From Ruditapes philippinarum (Eukaryota): 64,000 nucleotides of DNA. The notes under the pieces are model-generated. The model worked only from the letters and a program-made list of their open reading frames with translations, had not been told where the DNA came from and made no database searches. How positions within the stretch are numbered: the stretch's first letter is position 1; each line of letters opens with the position of its first letter. The DNA is taken from NCBI RefSeq assembly GCF_026571515.1, contig NW_026867195.1, positions 1-64,000 on the forward strand. The letters are read 5' to 3'. Of this stretch, positions 13,383-26,047 are shown in pieces. The translations under genes were made by a program, and so were the position numbers.

Positions 13383-14158
13383 GTAAGAAATAATATCGGT
13401 CTAAGCGGTGTTTATCGGCTATTTAACACCAGTTTGGAGTGTTGATGTGAAGGCATTGACCACGAAGGCCGTAGGCCTGAGTCGTAAATTGTTTTTTGCA
13501 TCAAAACGACAAAACCTGTTTTAAATATGATATGATATTATTTCGATTTTAACAAGATAAAATAAAAGAAGATCACTTATATTATTTTTTTCAAGCGGAA
13601 ATAACTTCTTGTGTCGATTTTCGTATAACGCATTTCGATTTCGCACCCTACTGTTGCTAAGATATAGAAATTATTATACAAATTAAATAATAAGAGAAAT
13701 CAGTTACTTTTATCAAGTTTTCAACAATGAAAACTTACGTCTTAGAATGGATTGTGTTGTGTTTACATCCGTGCCCAAATTATCATTCTTGATTGTTTGA
13801 AATGACGTAAGCGTTTATGAGAAGTTGTATATTTAGGATGTCGTCATTACGCTGCTTCCGGATTGTCGCTGTTTTGCCAAAATATTTATTAACTGATATT
13901 GATCAAATCTGTGGCGTTAGTGTATGTGAGATATCATTTCAGTATTGTATGAAAAACAAACATTATAAGACCTGAAATATCAATAAAAATGTTTTCATTG
14001 TTGCATTAAAAGGCTTTGTTAATTATATAATAGAGGGAGAAAACATACCAGCCGCATATACAAGTAGACGGTAGACCCTCACCGTGTTTATTGGCAGTTT
14101 GACAACGTTTTTTTCCCTCTTTGTCGATATTGACAAAATCTCGAGGATTGTTAGAATT
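13383..14158. mobile_element. Insertion in the foldback arm, possibly a non-autonomous Crypton-type element
   Basis: Interrupts the 21-bp array. Begins with an imperfect ~160-bp palindrome centred on AGGCCGTAGGCCT (~13466-13478) and ends in GTTAGAAT. No TSD seen. Confidence 0.45.
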
Positions 14159-14324
14159 ATAAAAAAAATCATGTCATAGCATCATTATATAGAAATCTGG
14201 AAACTTAGTGATCCCTTGGAAGCATTAATAACAACAAAATTTCATGAGAATTGCAGACTCGGTTTGATTGAATTTGTACATGAGGGATAATGAATAAGTG
14301 CAACATCCCTCACGCCCCCTAGAA

Positions 14325-14910
14325 TCAACTTATCAATGTATTATGTCAGTCTTCCATTATACGATGTGTATCTATTATTATACGATGTGCATTTATGAAT
14401 ATATTATGTGATAGCATCATTATATAATGCCAACTCATCAATATGTTATGTCAGTCTTTCAGTATACGTTGTGAATCTATTATTATGCGATGAGCATTTA
14501 TAAATAAATTATGTGTCAGCATCATTATATAATGCCAACTCATCAATATGTTATGTCAGTCTTTCAGTATACGTTGTGAATCTATTATTATGCGATGAGC
14601 ATTTATAAATAAATTATGTGTCAGCATCATTATATAATGCCAACTCATCAATATGTTATGTCAGTCTTTCAGTATACGTTGTGAATCTATTATTATACGA
14701 TGAGCATTTATAAATAAATTTTGTGTCAGCATCATTATATAATGCCAACTCATCAATATGTTTTGTCAGTCTTTCATTATACGATGTGAATCTATTATTA
14801 AACGATGTACATTTATGTATACATTATGTGATAGCATCATTATATAATGCCAACGCATCAATATGTTATGTCAGTCTTTCATTTTACGATGTGAAACTAT
14901 TATTATACGA
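14325..14910 (+). repeat. 105-bp tandem repeat (5 x 21-bp subunits), ~5.5 copies
   Basis: AGCATCATTATATAATGCCAAC at 14413, 14518, 14623, 14728 and 14833. Confidence 0.95.
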
Positions 14911-16791
14911 CCGCAGCTTTCTATGAAGTGCAAACATCATAATATCGTGTGCTTCTGTCACTATACAGGGTACTGTCTATTTTTGAACGTAATAAAATCC
15001 CAAGACTTGAGAAATCACGGGCGGTTTTAAACTGCTAACGAATTGTTAAGTTGACTCTTTATAAAGCCGATTCCACATAACACAGTATTGTTTTGACTCT
15101 ATATAAGAATGGTTCCACATAATATATTCGTAATTGCAAAATATAATGACTGACATCATTTAAGAGCATTAACATCATACACTGTTACCATGACTCTATA
15201 TAAAGATGGTACTACATAACATATTCATCAATGCACATCGTATAATAAAAGATTGACCTCATATAAGGACACATTGGTATTATATATGGTTAAGTTGTCG
15301 CTATATAAAGGCGATCCTACAAATATATAGCATTATTTTGACGCTATATAAGAATGGTTCAACATAATATTCGTAATTGCACATCATATAATGAAAGGCT
15401 GACATCATATTAGGACAGATTGACATCACATACTGTTGTAATGACTCTATATAAAGATGATTTCACATAATATATTCATTAATGCACATCGTCTAATGAA
15501 CTATTGCCATCATAATTAGTATGGCTCTTTTACACCATGTAATAAGTTGACTGTATTTAACTTGTTAAAGGATTGTTTCACATAAAATACTGAAAATTGC
15601 ACATCGTATAGTGATAGATTGATATAATATAAGGGAACATTTACATCATATAATGTTACACATAATATATTCATTATTTCACATCTTATAATGACACACT
15701 TAAATCATATAAGGACAGATTGGCATAATATATTGTTATTTTGACCTTATATAAGGATTGGTCCACATAATTTATTCAAAAATGCACACCGTATAATGAT
15801 ATCATATAAAGACACAGTGACATCAAATATTGTTCAATTGACTATATATAAGGATGGTTCCTCATAATATATTCATGAGTGCACATTGTATAAAGTAAAG
15901 GTTGACTCGATATATTGCTATTTGGACATTACAACGTTCAGGTTTATAATTATATGACAGTCAAGGCTTTCCATAATTTAGTCCTAACGGTATTTAGGTT
16001 ACTCCATTTAAGGGTGCGTCTGCATATTATCGGAATTTGAATAATGAATGTGTATCATCGTAGTGGTTCAGTTGCACTGCCACTTAAAAAATAGTTTGCA
16101 ATCTTAGGCTCGAGTCTGTCATTTTATAGTAATGATGCTGTTATATAGTTTATTCTCCTTTTTATTTACTTTGTATTTTGTATGATTATTTAAATCAATA
16201 TTGTTCTTCTAAATTTCTATTTCTTGTTTCGTTTTTATTTATCCCCACCTTTTTATGAAGAAAACAACTATAAGTCAAGTTATTACATTTTTTAAATTTT
16301 ATTAATTAAATTTTTAAATATTCTAAATACATTACGATTACAAAATAGCAAAAATTTGAATACACTGTATATGGATCAATATATAACACACTTTCTTTAA
16401 TTATGTATTATTTATATTGCTAATAATCCCTTTATTGTCTTTGACGTTTTCCCCTATCTTTAAACATGTGCATATCAATTCGTGTACAAACATATTCATG
16501 CATTTGAAACAATTTAAAACAAAACCGGGCAAATACACTCAAATTCAATTGTAACTAACCATACTATCAAAGCACATGAAATATGATGCTTACGTGTTTC
16601 ATTTATTAGGGTTCAGACTGCTTTACCTATTTTTGCATTCTAATTTATCTCTGTTATGTAAACAAAGGCTTTAATTATCATCCTTGGGCAGTACCCCCTT
16701 TTCATATCAATAACATTATATTAACACAGACAAAGTTTATGATTTGTACAGAGATATATTAACATTTTTTGTGTTGTGTAGAAGGTAGGGG

Positions 16792-17148
16792 GGGGACTCC
16801 ACTGAGGTTTATTTGACAAAACGTGATTGGAAATAATTTTTTGAGATTATTACTCCATTTGATGTAGATCTATTCTAATAAATTATGTGCAAAATTTGAG
16901 ATCATTAGCTCACTCCGATTTTTCAGAATAATTATTATGATAATGAAAAATGACACAAAATTGAAAAGCGTTTAAACGCTTTTCACTCAAATCGGACTGA
17001 GAATAGCACAAACATATGATTTTCAATGCATTTTTTTGTGTATTTCTTAGTTATGTTTTATTCATAATTCTGTTTAAAGTGCTCATGTTTATCTATGTGA
17101 AAAATTAAAATGTTACGTTTTAGGCTTATGAACCTCAGTGGAGTTCCT
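16792..17148. mobile_element. Kolobok-like MITE, ~355 bp
   Basis: ACTCCACTGAGGTT (16796-16809) is inverted to AACCTCAGTGGAGT (17131-17144). The right end is CCT followed by TTAA; the left TSD is not intact. Confidence 0.7.
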
Positions 17149-18247
17149 TTAATACTTCGACATTTACGAAACAAGGACTTAACTATCGTAATTTGTAATC
17201 GAGCCAATACTCTTAACTTTCCTTTTTGCCTTGCACTTGGTATAACAATAAATATATCTTTATATTAAAAATAATATCACTGCTTTACATCGATTTATGA
17301 CTTTTTAAAAAATTCGTGACACAGAGAAATTCATAATTAGCTGTTACTGATCTCTTGTTATACCATTTACTTTGTATTGATACGTAAGCGTGTAAATTAT
17401 GAAGCCATTAGTAAAGGTAAACTTCAAATATCCAACTTGCCCGTTTAGGTTAACCATATCTTTTTCAGTTACATTGCCATATTATAAACATTTTGTATTA
17501 TTCAGCATCAGATTATTAACAAAGTAGAAAAGATTCTTATGTCGCCTGCATGCCACCGTCGGATCACGATGAGAACAGGAATTTATGTCATGAACAATAC
17601 ATCTTCAATATAATATGTACAGTGATGTATAATGCAAAAACGTGATAAGGCATAAACTTATAAATACTAAAGTTACATTACACCCAACGTACATCGCACC
17701 AACATGGTAATACTTATGGCAACTTTTCAGCAGGACTGCTTGAAAAAACATCTGCATCATCACCAATACAGTCTGAACGAATTCAAGACGCTGCATATCC
17801 ATATAGCTAATGTCATATTGTCCGCATAATTTACATTAATATGAATAGAAAATACAACAGAGAGGATAAACTCATTATTCTCTGATACTTGTATATACTT
17901 TACTTGTGAATGATGGCATGGTTAGTAAAATAATAAAATATTACATTTCTTGTTTCCGAAAATAATGTAAACAGTCTCCGGAATAAGTTTACAAATCCTG
18001 AATTTTCGCAAACTCAACTATCCTTCTGAATACAGTTTCAATACAAAAAGTTAAATCAAAGAGTAACTTGGATGGAAGTAGACGATAATTGGCCGTTTAT
18101 ATAAAGATAACAACAATTAAGCGCTGTGCAAGCAGTCAAAGGTTGGCACCCCATGTGATTTGTTTAATTCTCACATTGGGTTTTACGTGTCCCATGGGAG
18201 ATCTACCAATTTTCATAAAATGGCAGAAAAAATACGTGGCAGAAAAA

Positions 18248-19474
18248 AACAAGAGCCCCGTTTGAGCCGGGTGATGCTCCCCGAATAGGTTTTGGACACA
18301 GGAAAGTACACCTCTTGTAGTTTCAGAGTTATGTCCGTAGAAAAAGTTCAAAGTGCAATAATCCCAAAATTAGGCAAGGAAGAGTTACTGTTCTGTTAGC
18401 ACTGCACTTGTAATCAATGTGATATATCAACCTACAAAGTTATTTGTTGATATCTCTTTTGGTTTCTGAGTTATGTCCAGGACAACTTCAAAAAGTAAAA
18501 ATAAACAAAGGGCAATAACTCCAGAATCAGGCAATGCAGAGTTATGATTCTTGTGCACGTACATCTACCCATTGAGATATATCTACCTACAAAGGTTCAT
18601 GTTGATATCTCTTATAGTTTACAGCTATCTCCTGGACAAGTTTTTTCTAAAAGGGGAAATAATTCAAAAATGAGGCTTAACAGAGTTATGGTTCTTTTGC
18701 ACTGCACTTCTACTTAATGTACCTTAATCTACCTACAATGTTTCATTTTGCTATCTCTAATAGTTTTAGAATAATGTTCCGGACAAAGTTCAAAGTGTTA
18801 AATTAACAAAGGGCAATTACTCCAAAATTAGAAAAAAAGAGTTATTGTTCTTATGCACTGCACATTTACCCATTGAGATATATTCACCTACAAAGTTTCA
18901 TGTTGATATCTCTTATAGTTTAAGAGTATGTCCCGGACAAGATTTTTCTATAAGGGGAGATAATTTAAAAATGAGGCTTAACAGAGAGATGGTTCTTTTG
19001 CACTGCACTTCTACACAATGAGATCTATCTACCTACAATGTTTCATCTTGATATCTCTTACAGTTTTAGCTTAATGTTTCGGACAAAGTTCAAAGTGTTA
19101 AAATTAACAAAGGGCAAAAACTCCAAAATTAGGACAAAAGGAGTTATTGTTTTTATGCACTGCACATCTACCCATTGAGATCTATTCACCTACAAAGTTT
19201 CATGTTGATATCTATTATAGTTTTAGAGTTATGTCCCGGACAGGATTTTTCTATCAGGGGAGATAATTCAAAAACCGGGCAAAATAGAGTTATGGTTTTT
19301 AACACTGCACTCCCCCTCAATGCCCTCTACCACTGTATGAAGTTTAAACAAATTATCTCCAAGGGTTTTCAAGTTATGCTCCGGACAAGACAACAGACGG
19401 ACAGACGGACGTATGGACAGACAGACAAGGCGCCGACTATATGCTCCCCTGAAATTTTTCGGGGAGCATAAAAA
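18248..19474 (+). mobile_element. Complete Helentron-associated element (HINE; pearl/DTC84-type architecture)
   Basis: AACAAGAG start; subterminal ATGCTCCCCG (18274); ~150-bp core repeats paired as ~300-bp dimers (AAGTTCAAAGTG at ~18787 and ~19087); (GACA/GACG)n; terminal hairpin TATGCTCCCC...GGGGAGCATA followed by an A run. Confidence 0.85.
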
Positions 19475-21264
19475 CATGTCTAAATATTTTCACATGTTTT
19501 GATTATTGTATATGATTAAAATGAACTTATAAGTTATAAATATACATATCTAAAGACATTTGCAATCCCCCCTTGGCGGATCTAACCAATTAAGGAAAGT
19601 GAAGAAATCTCCCAAAATTAGAATGGGAGATAATAGCCCATTACAGTATAAATGGAAAAATACTCCATTACAGCGTAACGAGAGGATAACATAATGGGAG
19701 AATTTATCCATATTTTTGTTTAACAAATCTGACAAGAAGTTTAAAGTTAAAAAATTTGTATCACTTGATATTCGGTCTTGGACTTTTTAAAATGAAAATA
19801 GTGCGAATATTTATTTATTTATCTATTGCGTTACTGCGATACGTAATTGTTTATTTTAACTGCACACAAAGGTTCACATTCACAGAGAAAATCACGCGAG
19901 TGCCATCGTTGTTTTACATTTGTAATTTGCGTGATGAAGGAAACTAAGTAAATTTACATTTTTAAAAATCTCAACCGTACAACAAAAATCTGTACAAGAT
20001 ATTCTGTACCGATCAATCGAACAAAACTTCTATACAAAAGCACATTTCATGATATAAAAATCATGTTACATCTATTCTAGGACAAAAATGTTTTTGGTTC
20101 CTTATCTCATGTAAATATAAAAAATATAAATTTGTTTGGTCCAACGAACAAAAAAAAAATGATAAAAAATTTTGTTTAAGAATTCCTGTATAAGATATTT
20201 TTGTGAAAATATAAAAAAATACATTTATTCTTTTCACCAAACAAAAAATCATCAAAATCCTGTGTAATATATATTTTCACATTCATGCCAGTTTCATTCT
20301 TCCAATTTTGCTAATTCTTTTAGCATCATTGTAAAAATATTGTTAATTATCATGCTTGTCAAATAATTTGTTTTTATACCCATTTAGTATTCTCACCAAT
20401 TTCATGCATTTCCCTGGAATAAAAAAATACAATATTTTGATATGAATGGTTAGAATTGTGAAAAATTATTTCATCAACAGTTCTTTAAATGTAGGGTTTG
20501 ACTCAATTGTGCATTACTATATTTTGTTTACTTATTTAACAAATGATATCAACGAATCACTTTTTTATTTTGACTGACATTGACAAAAACGCTAACATGT
20601 TGAATTTTTTTTAACGAACAGAAAATCATATTTTCTTGTAATATAGCGAACAAAATTAACAGTCATATATATATATTATAATGTTTCATCTTTTCTCATG
20701 ATCAGTATGTTTGAACGACTCTTCAGTTACTTTAGAAAAGTACCTTTGTTTTGATACTTACTCTTCATTACGGCTAGGCGCCTGTTTACTTCTACCAAGT
20801 AATTTATTTTTGATCGTATGTAGGAACTGATTTTTCTTTTGAAAAATACAATATAAATACGAAATAAATAAAAAATAATAATTTTTAAACCACAGATTTA
20901 TCGTACTTTGAAATGATTATGTATGCGTAAAATAATTTGACTAGACAAGTATAATATTAAAACTGTTGTTAACCAACTACTTCGTAAAAGTTAGATTAAA
21001 ATGCGAATGGTATAACGATTAATAATTATATAATTTATTATATAAACAGAATGCTACTAAAATGAATTTTCTATTTCATCTGTTTTCGGGACAAATCTCT
21101 TATCTTAAACCAAATTTAATATTATAATACTTACATTCTTTCCGACGACATTCGTTGCTAAAAAGAAAAGAATCAACAAGCGCTATTAATTAAAACTCTT
21201 AAATCATTATAATTCTACATTCAATAAAGTCATAAATGCATTAGTTTTTTGTCATTCAATAATA

Positions 21265-21920
21265 AACAAAAACGAACCAAATAATGCTCCCTGAATAGGT
21301 TTTGGACACAGAAAAGTATATCTCTTGTATTTTTACAGTTATGTCCTGGACAAAGTTCGAAGTGCAATAATTCAAAATTTAGGCAAGACAAATTTACTAT
21401 TCTTTGCACTGGTCAATGATATATATCTACCTATACACAGTTTCTTGTTCATATCTCTTATCGTGTAATGTTCTGGACAAAGTTCAAAATGTTAATATGA
21501 ACAAAGGACCATAACTAAAAAATTAGGCAAGAATGAGTTACGGTTCTTGTGCACTGCAAATTTACTCAATGAGATCTATCTGCCTACAAAGTGTTTTGTT
21601 CATATCTATTATATCTTCCGAACTATGTCCTGGACAATGTTCAGAGTGTAAAAATGGACAAGGAGCAATTATTAGGCAAGGCATAGTTAGATTTAATTTA
21701 CACTGCACTTCAATGTGACCTATCTACCTACAAAGTTTCATGTTGATATCTCTTTAAATTTTAGAGTTCTGTCCCGACAAAGTTCAAAGTATAAAACTGA
21801 ACATAGGGCAATTACTCCAAAATTAGGCAAGGCAGAGTAACAGTTTTTAAACACTTCACATCTACCCAATGAGATCTATCCACCTACAAAGTTTCATGTT
21901 GTTATCTCTTAAAATTTCTG
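21265..21920 (+). mobile_element. 3'-truncated HINE, same family as 18248
   Basis: Shares the head ATGCTCCCTGAATAGGTTTTGGACACAG and the core repeats. Confidence 0.8.
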
Positions 21921-22029
21921 AATAGTCATTAATCGAACAGAACATGTAAATTATATTTTGAATCTTAAATCTTTTAACTTTTTCAAAAATATTAGTACAT
22001 TCTTCTCAACTTTGATTAAATTGACATAT

Positions 22030-22720
22030 CTTACAAGAAACTTTGAAGGTAAATAGTTCTTATTGGATAAAAGTGCAGTGCAAACGAACCATAACTCTGC
22101 CTTCCCTAATCTTGGATTTAAATATTGCCCTTTGTTGGTTTTTACATACATGTATATTTTACACTTTAAACATTTTCCGGGACATTGCTCTAAAACAGCA
22201 AGAAACTTTTGTAGCTAGATAGATCTCATTGAGCAGAAGTCAGTGCAAAAGAACAGTAACTCTGCCTTGCCTAATTTTGGAGTTATTGTCCTTTGTTTTT
22301 TTTACATAACATAACGTTTAAACAACAAGGGGTATTAACAACAAGGGGTATTAAGAAGAAAAGTTGTAGGTAGATAAATTCCATAAAGTGGGAGTGCGTA
22401 ATGCAAAAAAAAACACAAAAAAAACAACAACATAACTCTGTGTTTCATTATTTGGATGAATGCCGTTTGTTCATTTTTACAATTTGAAATTTGTCTGGGA
22501 CATAACTTGACAACTATAAAAGGTATCAACTAAAAACTGTGTAGGTAGATAGTTCTTAATAAGAAAAAGTGAAGTGCAGAAGAACAATTACAATGGCTAC
22601 CCTAATTTTGTAGTTATTGCCCTTTGTTCATTTTTACACTTTATACATTGCCCATGACATAACTTGAGAACAATGAAAGGTATAAAGATGAACCTATATA
22701 GGAAGAGAGATCTCACTCAG
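22030..22720 (-). repeat. Inverted, diverged array of the same HINE core repeat
   Basis: Reverse-complement core motifs TGTAGGTAGATA, AAGTGCAGTGCA, CCTAATTTTGGAGTTATTG. Confidence 0.75.
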
Positions 22721-23965
22721 TAGTGCAGAAAGCTTAGGGAAAAGAACGTATTGTCCTTAAAAGAAGTCATTAAACACCTTAAATCCAAACTTAAATTTAT
22801 CTTTTTGATTAATGTAGGACAAATAATTCAAAAACAGTTGAAAAAAAACTATAAATTATTGCATTCTCCCAGTGTGCACAATTATTAACTAACAAACACG
22901 TTTTCTGACAAGCGTGTCGGGAGTTATTCTGTAATTAGGATTTTAGGACTGGCGGCAAGCTTGTTTAAGAGACCAGAACCAACCACCTGAGCATTTGTAT
23001 AGGCAACTTTTCTAGAGTCATTCTTGTAGAGTTAAATTAAAATTTATAAAAAAAATAAATAAAAGGACAATAAATTAAAAATTGAGTAGATCTCCCTGTA
23101 TAAATATTTATTTAGCTTCGGTGGCCATCATGCAGGACCGGAACAAATTTAACCATTTAGTTAAAGACTGCCCAATATTCTTTTCTGTAGAGTTTCATAA
23201 AAATCTTTTGGGTGGTTCAGGACAAGATGTTATTTAACAGTTCTTTCTTTTTTAAGCATTTGCGTCCGTCTTGTTTAAGAAAACGGAACTATTTTTAGCT
23301 CATCTAAGGGTCATTCCTTTACAGTTACATCAGAATCTACACAGTAGTTAAGGAGGAGATATGTGAAGTTTCTTTTCTATTTTGGCCATTTTAAGGGGAC
23401 CATCTCAGGATAATTATTGTATTTGAGTTTTATTTCTTTTGGTCCAGGTGTATAAAGAGAGATAAAGTGAAAATGTTAACGACAAAGGTGAATTACAATA
23501 GCCAAACCTGAGCATGTGTAACCAAAAACATGAAGGTGATTTTGTTCTTCAAATTGGCAAGCAAAATGTTAACGCAGAAAACAGATACGTCATCGGAGTG
23601 CTTAGGACTTTTGTGAAGTGTATATATGTTTTGATGATGAACAAATGATATTTAAAATGTTTATGAAAATGTTTTGTTACTAACCGGATAAGTTTTACGT
23701 TGATTTCTATTGGTTCACAAATGGAGATATATACATGTGTATATGTTTCGATCAAACAGACTCATTAAAATCCGTTGTTGTTTTTTGGAATGACTTGTTA
23801 AAGAGACGAACGGTGCAGACGTATTGTTCAGAATTACAATTCTAATTACAATTGGTTCTGGTACGTCAAATTGAAATATCATTATAAAGGCGACTATAAA
23901 TATGTTATATAAATATGAAGAATTGAAGAATAGCCTTGAAATGCAATTTGTACAAAAAAAGATTT

Positions 23966-24200
23966 TCAAGGAAATATATTAAGGTGTAACTGGTTTTTTG
24001 ACATGAAAATTTGTGTTTCATTACTATTGTTAACAGAACTGTGGTCATCATGTACGTTGTTGATGTTTTTCGGACAAAAAGTGATACATGGCCCGCTTTT
24101 GTCTTTCTTTCTTCCCATAATCAAATATACGATCGCGCCTGATGTTAATCCTAATATGGCACTTCCACCTAAAAGTCCACCAATTATAGCAGCCACATTT
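23966..24200 (-). CDS. Single-Sushi membrane protein, last exon (TM helix + cytoplasmic tail)
   Basis: Acceptor TCTTTCACAG, phase 2. Encodes NVAAIIGGLLGGSAILGLTSGAIVYLIMG-RKKDK (hydrophobic helix then basic stop-transfer) through to NIFP-TGA. Confidence 0.85.
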
Positions 24201-24621
24201 CTGTGAAAGAACAACGAATGAATTAAGTAGAAAAAATGCTGATAATGTTTTCTGTTTACATGAAAGCAGAACTTAGTATGAGTAATAAGAATAATAGTAA
24301 GGACTCAGTTTCCGTGTGTACTATTGTAGAAGTACAACTCATACTTTGGACGAAAATATGGTTTGGCATGATTTAAAGATCATGGCCGAAAGGTCATTAT
24401 TATTCTATGTCTTTGATACATGTTTCATTTATTTCTGGCACTTGGAATGATCAGCTTGTTCATGAGAGAAACTGTATAATGCAACGCACATAACGTCTTC
24501 ATTAGCAGTGAAAAACGTGATGCAAGAAATCATCTAAATAGATTATAAACACTTAATGCAAGTTGTCTTGATACCAGTTGCAATACAGAAATTTACAAAT
24601 TATTTTGTGAGACAAACTTAC

Positions 24622-24640
24622 GAGGATGATTCCTTCGTCT
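24622..24640 (-). CDS. Single-Sushi membrane protein, 19-nt microexon (ETKESSS stalk)
   Basis: TCTATTTCAG|AGACGAAGGAATCATCCTC|GTAAGT. Converts phase 1 to phase 2, exactly as needed to join the Sushi and TM exons. Confidence 0.85.
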
Positions 24641-24869
24641 CTGAAATAGATAAGAAATTGTTGTTCATATACATGTATTTTGTATTTTATCTGAAATGTC
24701 ATTAAATTATTGTAGGAAGTAACTTCTATTCATAATTAACTTCAAAGATTGCGGCAATTTTACTTTAATTAGCATTAAATTTAAATAAAGTTGATATTAT
24801 ATTGATTTAAATAAATAGAGGATATTCAAGTTTTTTCTATAAAACATGATTTATTTACATCGAGTCTTC

Positions 24870-26040
24870 AGAGAAGATGATTTTTTAAGTTTTTACTATA
24901 TACATATAAGGGAAACCTATGGCCCCGGGGTGGGGCTAATTTTGACATTAGAGGCAAAATTTGAACAACTTTGGTAGAGTACCTATAGATAATATTATTT
25001 AAATATTAAAGCTCTAAGCCTTGTACCGTCAGACAATAAGATTTTTTGATGTTTTACTATATGTATATATTGAAATCAATGACCCCCAGGGCGGAGGCAG
25101 TTTTGACCCTAGGGCTATAATTTGAACAATCTTGTTAGAGGTTTGCTACACAATGTTTCATGAAAAATATCTAACCTCTAGCATTTGTCAATTGCTAGAA
25201 GAATTTCTTTTAAAGATTTTACTGTAAGTTTTTACTATATACATATAAGGAAAACCAATGACCCCCGGGGCGGGGCCGATTTTGACCCCAGGGCTATCAT
25301 TTGAACAATCTTGGTAGAGGTCTACCAGACAATGCCATATACAAAATATCTAAGCTCTAGGCCTTTTGGGTCTTTAACAAGAAGGTATTTTAAGTTTTTA
25401 CTATATGTACATAAAGTGAAAATCAATGACCCCCGGGGCGGGGCCGATTTTCACCCCAGGGCTATAATTTTAACAATCTTGGTAAGGGTCTAACAGGTAA
25501 TGCCTTATGCAAAATATCTAAGCTCTAGGCCTTTTGGGTCTTTACAAGAAGGTATTTTAAGTTTTTACTATATGTACATATAGTGAAAATCAATGACCCC
25601 CGGGGCGGGGCCAATTTTGACCCCAGGGCTATAATTTGAACAATCTTGTTAGAGGTCTACCAGACGATGCCTTATGCAAAATATCTTAGCTCTAGGCCTT
25701 TTGGGTCTTTACAAGAAGATTTTTTTAATTTATTCTTATAATTCCTTTTGGTTGCCATGGCAACCAGATTTCTGCATGGAATGGAATTATTTGAACAACT
25801 TTGGAAGCCCTTTACCCAAGGATCAATCCTGCCAAGTTTAGTTGAAATTGGACTAGTGGTTTTTCACAAGAAGATTTTTTAAGTTCACTATATAATCTAT
25901 ATAACACACACACAAACACACACACGCACACACACACACGCACGCACGCACCAACACACACACATACACACACACATGTGAATCGCTATATGCCACCGCA
26001 TCTATGCCACCGCATCGCAGATGCTGCGGTGGCATAAAAA
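24870..26040 (+). mobile_element. HINE (second family) with ~167-bp core repeats, 5'-truncated, intronic
   Basis: AATCAATGACCCCCGGGGCGGGGCC at 25421 and 25588; (CA)n-type tract; terminal hairpin TATGCCACCGCA...TGCGGTGGCATA followed by an A run. Confidence 0.85.
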
Positions 26041-26047
26041 ATAATTA

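Larger units (their letters stand above)
13020..15965. repeat. Foldback structure: two inverted arms of 21-bp-based repeats around a ~140-bp spacer
   Basis: TTGACTGTCTTATAATTATAAACCGGAACGTTGT (~13024) is inverted to ACAACGTTCAGGTTTATAATTATATGACAGTCAA (15931-15964). Arrays at 13130-13380 and 14325-14910 are reverse-complementary in motif to the array at 15050-15900. Confidence 0.75.

Noticed and set aside
17605-17802. 65-aa hydrophobic ORF
   Set aside because: No recognisable domain or supporting gene structure in that frame.
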